Part shown: positions 27,946 through 40,240 of the stretch, in pieces
Numbering within the stretch: the first letter of the stretch is position 1
How the letters are laid out: the number at the start of each line of letters is the position of its first letter
Source: Camelus dromedarius
Lineage: Eukaryota
Direction: 5' to 3'
Assembly (NCBI RefSeq): GCF_036321535.1
Contig: NC_087437.1
Location: forward strand, 65,164,001-65,228,000
Length of the DNA stretch: 64,000 nt
Program-made: the position numbers and the translations under genes
The notes under the pieces: model-generated
Seen by the model: only the letters and a program-made list of their open reading frames with translations
Told to the model about the DNA's origin: nothing
Databases searched by the model: none

Positions 27946-28080
27946 ACCCGGAGTGGTGCTGGATGGAAGCGGGTTCTGCGTTCACTCTGTCATTCCCGGA
28001 CCCGGGTGCCTCTGCTGGCAGCCATCTACTTTGTGATGGTTCATGTCCTACTCATTCTGTGTTTCACAGGCCATCTATAA
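27946..28080 (+). CDS. GOLGB1: Giantin last coding exon with C-terminal transmembrane anchor (TRSGAGWKRVLRSLCHSRTRVPLLAAIYFVMVHVLLILCFTGHL*)
   Basis: tttcag|ACC acceptor; hydrophobic tail with the Tyr/His typical of golgin TMDs; TAA at 28078-28080. Confidence 0.95.
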   Translation, partial: TRSGAGWKRVLRSLCHSRTRVPLLAAIYFVMVHVLLILCFTGHL

Positions 28081-29300
28081 ATTTAGTCCTCACCTTTGGA
28101 CCTCTCCCCTTAGAACTTGGAACGCCCTCACCTCTAACATCAAAACCATCAATTCCAGTGGAGCAGTCTTCCCACTACAGGTCCTCTCTCCAACTCTCCA
28201 CAGAAAGTGCCTGTAAAAACTGCAGTGGATATGAGCACAGGTTAGAGCTGCAGGGACAGTGAGTCTGCTTTCTACTGCCCAGGGCCTGACACTCCTGCAT
28301 CATCTGAGGAGCCCCCACAGTTGGTTGTTGAGCCCAGTATTTGCTCAGATCTTGCAGGGCCCTGATCTTTTATGGTCCTATGAAAGGTGCTGAGGAATGT
28401 CTTTCAGCCAGGAGGATGGTTCTACTAAACCTAGTAATCAGAAGTCCACTATGATTTTGATTGATGCTTTCTTTGCTTCATGTACCTTATATTTTCTCCT
28501 GCTTCAGAGGGAAGGTGGACCTGCTATAAACAATGTTCTGGGCAACATTATCTCATAGGATATTTGACTAGGTCTCTCAGAGTGGAAGAACCCCCCAGGG
28601 GTTTTAGCTATTGGATCACAGTGGAGGACAGCATCTCCTTCCCCAGCTGTTCAGACATAATTGGAGTGAGAGTCATGGTCCTGGACTGTAAGGAGAGGAT
28701 CCCATTGCTTATCCCTTGATCACATGTTACTGAGGTATTATCGTGGCCTGTGCTTTTCGTTTTGCTGAAAGGCAGGAAGAACTTGACTGTGGACAGTGGG
28801 ATTCAATTCTTATCATTCCTATTTTATCTGGATAAGCCTCGAATGTGGGCCCTAAGACGATACATTAGGAACCAGTCCCAGGGAGGCACTGGCTTCCAGC
28901 TGGGGAGGTCTAGTGGGTCTGACACCCACTCCTAGCCTCTTGAAGTACGAAGCTACTTTGCTGTTGGTGACAGTTGTTATTCCAGTTTCTTGGCGTGTAG
29001 TCATGTGCCCTCTGTGATAGCAGAGAGCTGAGAAGAATGGAGACTCTAGAGAAGACAAAATATTTAAATCCAAGCCTGAGAATGGCAGCCAGGTTTGAAT
29101 TCCCTTTGTGCCTGTTCCTCCCCACCCCTCCCCCCTTTCCCGTTGGTTATTTTCTCATTTTGCACATGGTGTGTTCCTTTTCTCACTGCCCAAAGAAGAG
29201 AGAAAACTGGTGGACTGACTGATCTGCTCTAATCCTTTGTTCTGTGGTGACCAAATCTTGGTCACAGCAACCCAGGAACTTTCCTGAACAACTGTAAAAT

Positions 29301-29306
29301 AATAAA
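29301..29306 (+). terminator. GOLGB1: Probable GOLGB1 polyadenylation signal (3' UTR about 28081-29325)
   Basis: AATAAA followed about 25 nt later by a GT-rich downstream element (gtggtggcgtgtgaatgtgtgt). Confidence 0.75.
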
Positions 29307-29583
29307 ATTATTTTCAGAATGAAAAACTGTGGTGGCGTGTGAATGTGTGTACCCACCAGTGTGTCCATATGCGTGTTTGCACGCTCAGGGGAGGATGGTG
29401 CCTAGAGGAAGTAGGGATGGGGTAGCCAGGAATCGCCCAAGGGTAGGAGCTCTGCATGTGCAGGCTTCCTTCTCATTGGCCAGCATTGGGCTGCTTGTGT
29501 CCTCTCTCCTTAGCTGCTAGACCCCAGGGTGATAAAGTGGAGGGAGAAAATTCCATCCTAATACTGAACCCAACAAGCTGGGC

Positions 29584-30142
29584 TTTTTTTTTTTTAATTG
29601 TAGTACAGTCAGTTACAATGTGTCAATTTCTGGTGTACAGCACAGTGTTCCAGTCATGCATATATATACATATATTCATTTTCATTAAAGGTTATTACAA
29701 GATACTGAATATAGTTCCCTGGGCTATACAGAAGAAACTTTTAAAATCTATTTTTATATATAGTGGCTAACATTTGCAAATCTCAAACCCCCAAATTTAT
29801 CCCTTTTCACCCTCCTTTGGTAACCATAAGATTGTTTACTATGTCTGTTTCTGTTTTGTAGATGAGTTCATAGTGTCCTTTTCTTTCTTCTTTTTAAGAT
29901 TTCACATATGAGTGATATCATATGGTATTTTTCTTTTTCTGGCTTATTTCACTTAGAATGATCTCTCAGTCCATCCATGTTGCTGCAAATGGCATTGTTT
30001 TATTCTTTTTATGGCTGAGTAGTATTCTGTTATATAAATATACCACAGCTTCTTTATTCAGTCATCTGTCAATGGACATTTAGGTTGTATCCATGTCTTG
30101 GCTATTGTATATAGTGCTACTATGAACATTGGGGTGCATGTC
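29584..30142 (-). mobile_element. 5'-truncated L1 3' end (~560 bp) between GOLGB1 and HCLS1
   Basis: PolyT, L1 3' UTR and ORF2 end (catccatgttgctgcaaatggc, ggacatttaggttg); degenerate TSD agctgg.c.tt. Confidence 0.88.
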
Positions 30143-31754
30143 GAGCTGGACCTTAAGGCAGGAGGTTCATGCAGGTTTTTGCCTGGGCCTGGGAGAACTG
30201 TTACCTGTTACATATTGAAAATATTAGGCCCCTAGGGACCCCTCTGGGTGGGAGTAGGGGAAGGGAACTCCAATAGGGTATAGCAGGATGGGTATTATGT
30301 GTTTATATCAAGTCACTGCTTAAGAAGGGCTAACTCACTTCCTCAAGTTTCAATAAGTGAATTGAACTAAGTCTATCTTGCATTAAAGCCCATGCTTGCT
30401 ATGTCTCACTGCCTCTCATCAGGAATGAACTTGGAACATTGCTAAGGAGAGATGGGCTTTCTTGTCATCTCGGATTAAATTCTATGATTTCTCTAAAGAA
30501 CTGTGCCTGGATGATGTGTCACAATATCTGGTCTGATCATTTCTCCTTTTGACACTGGAATAGAATTCAAAATGTTCTAAAAGATATTTTCTTCTTCCAC
30601 AAAAATTACTCTTCCTTAAAATAATTTTGTTGCTGCCATAATAAATAGGTTATGAAGTAGGAGAAATAATCAGTCTCTCCACTAGGCATAGAATCCTTAG
30701 ATTTGGAAGTGACTAAAGTCTTAGATTCCTAATGCAGGATTCCCCTCCTCTATATCTTGGACAAATTTCATCCAGTTTCGCTTGAATCCATTGGGAAGCT
30801 CACGGCTAAGCAAATCAGGTCAGAACTCTATGTCAATCAAGATTAGGAGAGGCTAGATCAGATAAGGTAACAAACACCCCCATATTCTCAGTAGCTAAAA
30901 CAGCAATTATTTTTTAGGATTATTTTTTAGTCAAAGACTCCAAGTCCCTCACACAATGGATGGGGCTCTACTTGTGCTGTCATTAGTTGAGGACCCTGTC
31001 ACCCAGGGACCCACACTGCCAGGGGAACCACTCAGGAGACCCGCAGGTTGCCTTGCTGGGCAGTGGGCTAAAGGGCACAGCAAAGCTTGAAGTCTCTCCA
31101 CTGGGAAGTGATACATTTCACTTCTTACATTTCATTGGCCGAAACAAGGCCACCTGAGCAAGTCTGACTTCAAGAGGGAGGGGAGGGGCAGCAAATCTTG
31201 GTGAACAGTAATATCACAAAGACCTTCCGTCATCTGGTACAACCTAGTTCTTTAAGACTTCTCCCTATTATCTGGAAACAAATCTTTCTGAATTAGCTCA
31301 GACTTCTCACTGTCCCCTAAACAATCTCTAAACCTTCCTGCCTCCATGCCTTGCCTTTCCCTGTGAATTACGCCCTTCCATCTTTCAATTAATCAGTGTT
31401 TATTTGAACACCTACTATACACAAATGCCAGTGTTAAGTACTATGGGTAATGTATGAGTTTCATTTTAAATCTTACCCTTCAAAATCCACATAAAAAATA
31501 TTTTTTCCACTAAGCCTCTCTTAATTCCTTCAGTCCATATCAAATTCTCTCAGTTTCTTTACCGTGACAGATGCAACTGCCCACCTCTTTAGGACACAGC
31601 TCTGTTGCATAGTGTTCTTTTATGTGCTTTCTGGCTGAATGTTTTGCTTCCCTGACCAGAGAGTAAGAGCAGCATTTTTTTATGACCTCTGGGACCCTCA
31701 AAGCCTTGCAAAAGAAGCGGTCCGGAGCATTTAATCCTTTTTTAATTTAAGTCC

Positions 31755-31845
31755 TAAGCAGAAGGAACTGACTCAAACTTCAGGAAGTTGCTGTGAGGAC
31801 AGGGTGGCAGGAAATGACAGAAAACCTGAATACGGAACTGAACTG
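31755..31845 (+). promoter_or_regulatory. HCLS1: HCLS1 TATA-less haematopoietic-type promoter: cluster of ETS/PU.1 GGAA cores plus an AP-1 site
   Basis: aaggaact (~31762), TGACTCA (31769-31775), caggaagt (31781-31788), caggaaat (~31808) and cggaact (~31833), directly upstream of the putative exon 1. Confidence 0.55.
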
Positions 31846-31949
31846 AAGCAGCAGCTCAGTTTCTTGCTCTGAGGTGGCAGCAGCCAGAGAGGAGCTGAGT
31901 GTCTACGTGAGGAGCTGGGAGCTGAGAGTGAACGCTTGCACTGTTAAAG
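31846..31949 (+). other. HCLS1: HCLS1 non-coding exon 1 (5' UTR); start is approximate
   Basis: gcagcagctcagtttc...gtggcagcagccagagagg resembles the human HCLS1 5' UTR as I recall it; donor AAAG|gtgggt at 31949/31950; the next exon begins exactly at the ATG. Confidence 0.7.
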
Positions 31950-33556
31950 GTGGGTACTCTGAGCCATGAAAAAGTTGTGGGGCACAGAAAAAGAGCTGAA
32001 GTGAGAGAAACCTACCTGGCTCTCAGTCCTTGCTGAGAGGTAAAGTCACTGCCAGTAGGCTTTTAACCTTTTATGGCCAGAAGGCCTGGGCATGAGTGGT
32101 TGTAGATAATGAGCATCTAGAGATGGAAATGAGGAGGCTTGAGCCCAGGGAACACAATTCAACAGCCATCCAGGACCCCTGGTTTCTGCTGACAGTCTAC
32201 AACCCTCTCTAAGGCCCGTTGCTCCTAAGTACTGAGTTGGGAGGGGGACCACCGGAGATGAAGACCGTCTGTACCCTGGGAGAGCTTATGGTCTGGCAGA
32301 GAGACAAAGCCCACAGGAGACACTGTAGCAGATCAGGAAGTGGTAATTGCTAATGTACAACAGTGCTGAGGACCAAGTGCTAAATGAAGGTTTGACTAGG
32401 GCAGGTTTCTGTGATTTTAGGATCACAGAATCCCAGATTGTCAGAAATGAAGGGGGCTTGATGGATTAGTGAGGTTAACCTCTTCATTTATTTTCCACTG
32501 GGGAAAACAATATTCAGGGATGTTCAATGATTTACCAAATTATTTAATATTCATAAATTGCCTAGCCTGGTACCTGGCAAATAAGAACATATTCTCTCTC
32601 TGTTGACCCCCTTACCCATGCTCCCACAAGGGCTTAGTAACAGAGCTGGGGGACCTTCTGATTCCCAGTCTGTGTACTTTACTGAGGCAGCCTTAAGATA
32701 AGGCCCTCGATTGTGCCTGATATCCTGGGCACCAGGCCTCACTGAGTTACTCTCCGGTCTCCCACCTCTAGAAAGCACTTCTTGGCTTCCCTGTTTTGGC
32801 CAGTGGCTCAAGGATGCTAATTGTCCCTATGTCAGAAACCCTTCCCTTTGTTTCAAAAATACATGAGGATGGGAGGCTTATGGGAGAATTAGGCTGAACT
32901 GCAAGGAAGAGGACAGGACCATCAGTCCTCACTGCTTCCTTATTACGAATATTTCAGAAACCTCTCTTTTCCAGTTTTCTGCATGAAGCCTTTTTTTGCA
33001 AAGGAGCCCAGGAGCCAGGACCATAAGTCTTATCTATGTGCCCCCACCCATTACTGTTGCCCCACAGGGGAAGGCAGAGCTGCACTTGGCAGGGATTCAT
33101 CCCACAGTCCAGCTGACTCGGTCAATCTCAATCAATACTTCTCCGTGTCCTTTTTGCATCTTGTTAACCAGTCTACCCCCAAATTTCCCTTGAACTGGTT
33201 TCCAACAGGGTTTTCAAAGAGCTGGAGAAGGAGGGAGTTTTCAAGTAGGAAGGAAAATCGGAAAATCTGAGCTCCTGGCTAGAGAGAACAGAGGGTCCTT
33301 TAAAAGGCAGTGAAGAGCATGGAGAAGGAGACTGAGCAGGGATGGGTGGGCAGGGTGCTGCCAGCTAGTAAGTGGTATCAGGGTCAAGAGGTCACCATCA
33401 GAGAAGATGAGTACTGCCTGTTGTTTCCTCGTCACACCACAAGCCAGGATTTCCAAGATGTAGAGCACCTGTGCATCATCTCCTGCAGGCATGGCCAGGC
33501 CAGCAGAAACACTGGGGAAGCCCAGGTGGAAACAAGTTGGCACCCACTTCAACTGG

Positions 33557-34094
33557 TTTTTTTTGTCTAACCTTTTTTTATCATTTTTTATTGATTTATA
33601 ATCATTTTACAATGTTGTGTCAAATTCCAGTGTAGAACACAATTTTTCAGTTATACATGAACATATATATATTCATTGTCACTTTTTTTTTCTCTGTGAG
33701 CTACCGTAAGATCTTGCATATATTTCCCTGTGCTATACAGTATAATCTTGTTTATCTATTCTACAATTTTGAAATCCCAGTCTATCCCTTCCCACCCCCT
33801 GCCCCCTTGGCAACCACAGGTTTGTATTCTATGTCTATGAGTCTATTTCTGTTTTGTATTTATGCTTTGTTTGTTTGTTTTTTAGATTCCACATATGAGT
33901 GATCTCATATGGTATTTTTCATTCTCTTTCTGGCTTACTTCACTTAGAATGACATTCTCCAGGAGCATCCATGTTGCTGCAAATGGTGTTATGTTGTCAG
34001 TTTTTATGGCTGAATAGTATTCCATTGTATAAATGTACCACATCTTCTTTATCCAGTCATCTGTTGATGGACATTTAGGCTGTTTCCATGTCTT
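33557..34094 (-). mobile_element. Lineage-specific L1 3' end, copy 1 (HCLS1 intron 1)
   Basis: PolyT and L1 3' UTR running to ...ggctgtttccatgtctt. Confidence 0.9.
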
Positions 34095-34102
34095 AATAAT
34101 TC

Positions 34103-34642
34103 TTTTTTTTTTTTTAACATTTTTTATTGATTTATAATCATTTTACAATGTTGTGTCAAATTCCAGTGTTCAGCACAATTTTTCAGTCATTCATGGACAT
34201 ATACACACTCATTGTCACATTTTTTTCTCTGTGAGTTATCATAACATTTTGTGTATATTTCCCTGTGCTATACAGTGTAGTCTATTCTACAATTTTGAAA
34301 TCCCAGTCTATCCCTTCCCACCCTCCACCCCCCTGGTAACCACAAGTCTGTATTCTCTGTCTGTGAGTCTATTTCTGTCCTTTATTTACGCTTTGTTTTT
34401 GTTTGTTTGTTTGTTTTTGTTTTTGTTTTTTAGATTCCACATATGAGCGATCTCATATGGTATTTTTCTTTCTCTTTCTGGCTTACTTCACTTAGAATGA
34501 CATTCTCTAGGAGCATCCATGTTGCTGCAAATGGCATTATGTTGTCGGTTTTTATGGCTGAGTAGTATTCCATTGTATAAATATACCACATCTTCTTTAT
34601 CCAGTCACCTGTTGATGGACATTTAGGCTGTTTCCATGTCTT
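34103..34642 (-). mobile_element. Lineage-specific L1 3' end, copy 2, in tandem with copy 1
   Basis: Same L1 subfamily sequence and same truncation point; both copies are followed by aataattctt. Confidence 0.9.
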
Positions 34643-35374
34643 AATAATTCTTAATGCTCAAAATAAGTGACTTATTACATGCTCTTTTTTGAACCAGTAA
34701 TCTTCAGAAATATAATGAAGCTGTTTTAAACAACTGAAGAAGAAATGACTTATTCTCAGCAAATAATGCATCCCCATGCATTGTTCAGTGTAGGAATTTC
34801 AGCTGAGTGCCCCTACTGACATGTGCAGCTGTGCAGTGGCCAGTCTTGGAGTGGGGATTGGAAAAATCCTCAGTAGAATTAATCAGGTTGTGGGGAGGAG
34901 TAGGGGCTCACTGCATAAAGAGCTGGACCAATATATATTTTGACAGCTGTGAAGTCGTATGTAGATACCTGGGTGAAAGGATGCTACAGTTCCAAGGGTG
35001 TTCTAGCATCCCTCGTTGACGATCATATCAAGCCACTGCCTGGCTGGCCTCTTGACAAAAGTGAAGATCCCAGCAGTTTTGACACCCAGGTTATTTAGTG
35101 TTACCTGCACCCATGATGACTTCTCTCTCTCCAGACTCAGGTGAGCTCAGGCCACATAAGTTTGTCTTAAGTAAATCCTCACCACCACCCCCCCACACAC
35201 CCTCTAACTGAGCCAAAGTGCTTTCCTAAAACTTCCATCTGCTTTGCCTTAGGTTCTATGTTCTTCTAAGAAAAAATGACAAGAAACATGGGGCTGCTCC
35301 ATCACTGACTTTGCATTCTTGTTGCCTCCTCTTGATTTTTTAACCTAATCATTCCCATTTTCTGTCACCCTCAG

Positions 35375-35458
35375 ATGTGGAAGTCTGTAGTAGGGCATGA
35401 TGTATCTGTTTCCGTGGAGACCCAGGGTGATGACTGGGACACAGACCCTGACTTTGTG
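35375..35458 (+). CDS. HCLS1: HS1 exon 2: start codon and N-terminal acidic domain with the Arp2/3-binding DDW motif (MWKSVVGHDVSVSVETQGDDWDTDPDFV)
   Basis: ctcag|ATG acceptor, GTG|gtgagt donor; cortactin/HS1 N-terminus. Confidence 0.96.
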
Positions 35459-36025
35459 GTGAGTTTGGAAATAGCTTTTCTTGGGCAATGAAGGACAGTG
35501 GGGAGGCATGTGGGCCACTCTGTAACATTTGAGGGCACTTAAAAAAAGTCTGGGGCTGAGATAGCCTTCATTGTGGGACTGACTGGCAGGAAAGTTGGCT
35601 GTCAGGAGTGCAGCATGCATGATAGCCTGTGTTGAGGATGGAAAGAGACAGGTACAGAGGAGTTTGACATTGTGATTGACAGGCTACGTCAGGCTATGCT
35701 GAAGGAGCAGGTTAGCTGGGTCTCCTTCAGTCTATGAGCCTGGATTTGAGCTGGACATTTATAATTTGGGGGGACTGAGAAGTTGTAGAAGACCTCAAGA
35801 AGAAGATTTGAGAGATGCAGAGTAGGAATGGTGGTTTCAGAGCTCACCAGTTTAATTTCAGCATGGGGTCTAGGTGGGGTGAACACAGAGAGGAGTCAGA
35901 GTAAAGACCCTGACTGAGGGAAGCAGCTGATGTGGAGGCCAAGGGGGCATGTGTGTCAGCTGGGTGACCACTCCCAGCCTGGCACATCTCTTGCATCACT
36001 TATAGCTGAGTGCTGTCTGTTGTAG

Positions 36026-36099
36026 AATGACATCTCTGAGAAGGAGCAACGGTGGGGAGCCAAGACCATCGAGGGCTCTGGACGTGCAGAGCACATCAA
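36026..36099 (+). CDS. HCLS1: HS1 exon 3 (NDISEKEQRWGAKTIEGSGRAEHI)
   Basis: tgtag|AAT acceptor, AA|gtaggt donor. Confidence 0.95.
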
Positions 36100-38549
36100 G
36101 TAGGTGCCAAAAGGACTGGGAGGAGGGAGAGAGGTATGGGAAGAGCCCAAGGAAAACTTGGAGACTCAGGAGAAGGTGACAGGGGAAGGAGAGAGAAATC
36201 CATGTGTGTGTGTCTTTGTTTCTACTTCAGTCTGTCCCTGTGTGTCCTATGTGTGTCACTGTGTATTGTTTCATGTCCCTCCTCTTATCCCCCCAACCCT
36301 GTTACTGTCTTTATTTCTCACCACTCTGCCATTTCCCCAAGTGGGTCTATTATTTTAAGTGTCTCTCCTCCTTCAGTAAGGCAGGAGGAGTTCAGAGAGG
36401 GAAGTGCTGCACTTGTATCATTTATTATTTATCCATCTACTCACAGAAATACAAATGTGTATCTGGACTGCAGGGTGACTTCAGATGGGCCAAGGAGGAC
36501 CCAGTAAAATGTCAAAGTAAAGAGCTCAGAATAAATCCTGTAAAAAAGAGCACAATATGTCAGGCCCCATAACTGGCCTAAATGACTTTTAAAATAAAAG
36601 TTTGATTTTGACTACTTGACAGAAGTGGGAAGCCATGAATGCTAACACGAAGAAATATAACACTTGGAAAACTTGTTGACTAAAACTATTTAAGCAATGG
36701 TACTTAGAAGTCTTAAAGTTCATAACCAAATATTTAACCCGGAAAAAAAAAATGCAAAACAAAAAAAACCCTCAGATACCACAAGAGAGAAGGAAGTTGC
36801 TCACAGACAAACCCAGGCGGTCTCTGTGGGATGTACTGTGTATCAGGATTGAGAGATTCCCTCTTCTTTCCATGGATTATTCAGAATCATCTAATCAAGG
36901 CTGTTTACTCTGGAGAGTGTCAGAATGTCCAATAGGAGTAGCAAGGTAGACAAAATGAACAGTATAACAGGAGCAAAATTAAAAAGTAAAAATCAACAGT
37001 CACACACAAATTGACAAAATTGATAATTTTTAGTTCCATTTTAACTTCCCTCCTCACTAACACCAATTTTTCACCTCATTTTCTTCTAGATTTTAGGTGT
37101 TAGTGGATGATCACATTGCACAAGCAACACACTATGAAAACTTGGCACATATTTGTACAATTTGATAATATTCAGTACTATGTGTTGTTGTTTAATCAGA
37201 CATAAATGGTTTGTCTCAAGTGACTGTAATAAATATTATTTGTAAACAACCAAGCAATTCTGGAAGCAGTTGGAGAGTGAAAAAATGGGATAGGGTTGTG
37301 CAGGAAGCTTCTTTGATGCTCCTCTGTAGCTCATCCATCCTACCTAAGTTAAGACCCATTTCCCTTCTCTGAGTAAAGGCCGCTCAGCCCTAGTGTCCTG
37401 AGAACTGTTAAGATAAGGTGCAAACTCTCCTTGCACCTCTCCCCTTCCAGTGTCTGTCTCATGCAGAGCAGGAGTAGAACATTTTAAGGAAGACTCCTAA
37501 ATCCCTGCCATGATCTTACAGAAAGAGCTTGAGTTTGGATATTTAGATTCAAATCACAGGTCTACAATTAGCAGCAGTGTGTATTAGACATATAACCTCT
37601 CTGCATCTCACTTATTTATCAAATGGGAATAATAAAACCTACCCTGCAGATGTATGGTTAGAATTCAAAGGACTAACATATACCGAGAGCAGTATTTAGC
37701 ACCTCTCAGCAGCTCAATAATGTTATTCCTCTTTCCTGTTAATGTAGATGATTTGAATCAGCTTTTCTTCTAAAAGCCTAACATGAACATGTGAACAGAT
37801 GACAATCTTCCTTCTTCCTAAATGACATTTACCTGGACTGTTGTGTTGCACAACCTAGTGTACATATTACTCCAACTTGACCCCTGGGGTTGTAAAATGT
37901 GGTGACCCTGGATCTGAATCTGATAGAATAAAGTGGAGACATTACACAAAAAAACCCACTCCCTCCCTTTCACCCAGGCTACTGAGGTGTAAAAGCCTGG
38001 TCTCTGTTAGTAACTAGCTGCGTGATCTTGGACAGGTCACTTTCCTCCCTGGTTCCCAGTCTTCCCATTGGGATCAAAAAGACTTCTAGAAGACCTTCCT
38101 GACATAAGTCTTTACTATTCTGCGATTCTTTCTGGCTAGTGTGGATGAAGACAATCTTTCAGGTCAGATGGGAATCACCAAAGTCCTGGGAAAGAAGGGG
38201 GAAGTTGGAGAGCAGAACAGTAGCTGAGCTCAGATGACTGAAAGCAGGAAAAGGAAGTGATTGTGTTTCTCATTAATCTCACTACCATCCCCCACACCAC
38301 GATCTTTCTTTTTTAGGTCTGCCTGAAACATATTTAGTTTGGGGAGTGGTTTGGTAATTCAGTGACTGGTTGAAAGGATTCTGTCCATCCCTCATCTATT
38401 GTAGAGAGGAGTCCTGGGCCAGGCAGCTCCAAGCAGCCTAGTGTTTCTTCGGGACTGCCTGGTTTTCAAGGGCTGTTGCCCTTTTCTCCATCTTCTTCTC
38501 ACCACTCTTACTCGTGCTCATGTGCCTCTTTACAGTCAAGACCCCACCC

Positions 38550-40240
38550 CCAGACCTGGCCGGATGTAAACACTGATCTGCTCCTTGTCACTACAGATTA
38601 GTTTTGCCTGTCCTAGAATTTCATATACATGGAATAATATAGAATGTAGTCCTTTGTGTCTGTCCTCTTTCACTCGGCGTGGTAGTTTTGAGATCTGTTC
38701 ATGGTCTTGTGTGTATCAGTCTTTTGCTCCTTCTTATTGTCAGGTAGTATCTCATTGTACAGATAAACTACAGTTTGGTTTATTACTCTCTTAACGAACA
38801 TTTGGGTTGTTGACAATTTGGGGCTATTACAAATAAAGCTATCATGAACATTTGGGTCCAAATCTTTTCATTAACGTACATTTTTATTTCTCTTGGGAAA
38901 AACCTAAGAGTAGTAGAATTCCCAAGTCATATAAGTGTTATAACCTTTTAAGAACCTGCTAAACTGTTTTCTGAAAGGAATTTACCATTTTTCTTTCCTA
39001 CCAATAATGTTTGGGTTTCAATTGCTCCACGTCTTTGTCTACACTTGGTATTGTTACTCTTTTTAATTTTAACCATTCTTCTGAGTGTGTGGTGGTTTTA
39101 ATTTGTATTTTCTGCTGACTAATTTTATTGAACATCTTTTTATATGCCATTCATGTATCTTCATATATCTTAATTTTGAAGTGTCTATTCAACTCTTTTC
39201 TCACTTTTAAAGTGAGTGGTTTGTATTCTTATTGGGTTTTAAGAACTCAATATATATATTGAGTTTTTATATTTTCTGGATACAAGTCTTTTGAGAGATA
39301 TTTATTTTACAAATATTTTCTTCCAGAGCATAACTTGGCTTTATTTTATTAATGGCATCTTTTGGAAACCAGAAGATATTAATTATAATGAAGTCTACTT
39401 TATCAAAATTTTTGTGGTTAGTGTTGTATATGTCTAAGAAAATTTTACCTATTTCAAAATTGTGAAGTTTTTTTCCTATGTTTTACTCTAAAGGTTTATA
39501 GTTTCAACATTTATATTTAAGTCTATGATCTATTTCAGATTAGCTTTTGTGTAGAGTATGAGGCACAGACTAAGCTTCATTTTTTTGCATATGGATATTT
39601 CATTATTCCAACACCATTAAAAGCCTATTCTTTCCCCATTGACTGACCTCACATCTTTGACCATATACTTGTGGGTCTATTTCTAGACTATTTGATTAAC
39701 TTACATGTCTGCTCTGACCCATACCATACTGCACTTCAACTTTGCTCTCCATTTGAAAAAAAAATTTATTTTTACTCTTCTAAGACTTTACATTTGCAAA
39801 TACATTTTAGAATTAGCTAGTCAATCTCTATAAAAATGCCCATTGGTATTTTATTGGGGTGGATTGAATTTATAGATCATTTTGGAGAGAACTGATATCT
39901 TAATGATCTTGAGTTTTCCAATCCATGAATATGGGTTATCTCTCCATTTATTTAGGTCTTCTTTAATTTTTTCAGAAATGTTTTTCTGTGTTCAGCTCTT
40001 GCACATATTTTGTTAAATTGATGCTAAAATATCTCGTGTTATTTCATGTAATGGTAAGTGGTATTTATTTTTAACTTTAAATTTCCAAATGTCTGTGGCT
40101 AGCATGTAGAAATAAAATTAATTTTGAAAGTGATGTTGTCTCCTAGGACCTTGCCAAATGTAATTAATAGTTCCAATAGTACATTTTTGTAGATTCTTTA
40201 GGATTTTCTACATCTACAATCATTTCGTCTGTGAATAAAC
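38550..40240 (-). mobile_element. Ancient L1M fragment(s) in HCLS1 intron 3
   Basis: L1 3' UTR and ORF2 motifs (aataaagctatcatgaacatt, ccaatccatgaatatggg, tctccatttatttaggtct). Confidence 0.75.

Noticed and set aside
27813..28262. 149-aa ORF overlapping the GOLGB1 last exon
   Set aside because: Wrong frame relative to the spliced giantin TMD and spans intron and UTR; chance ORF.
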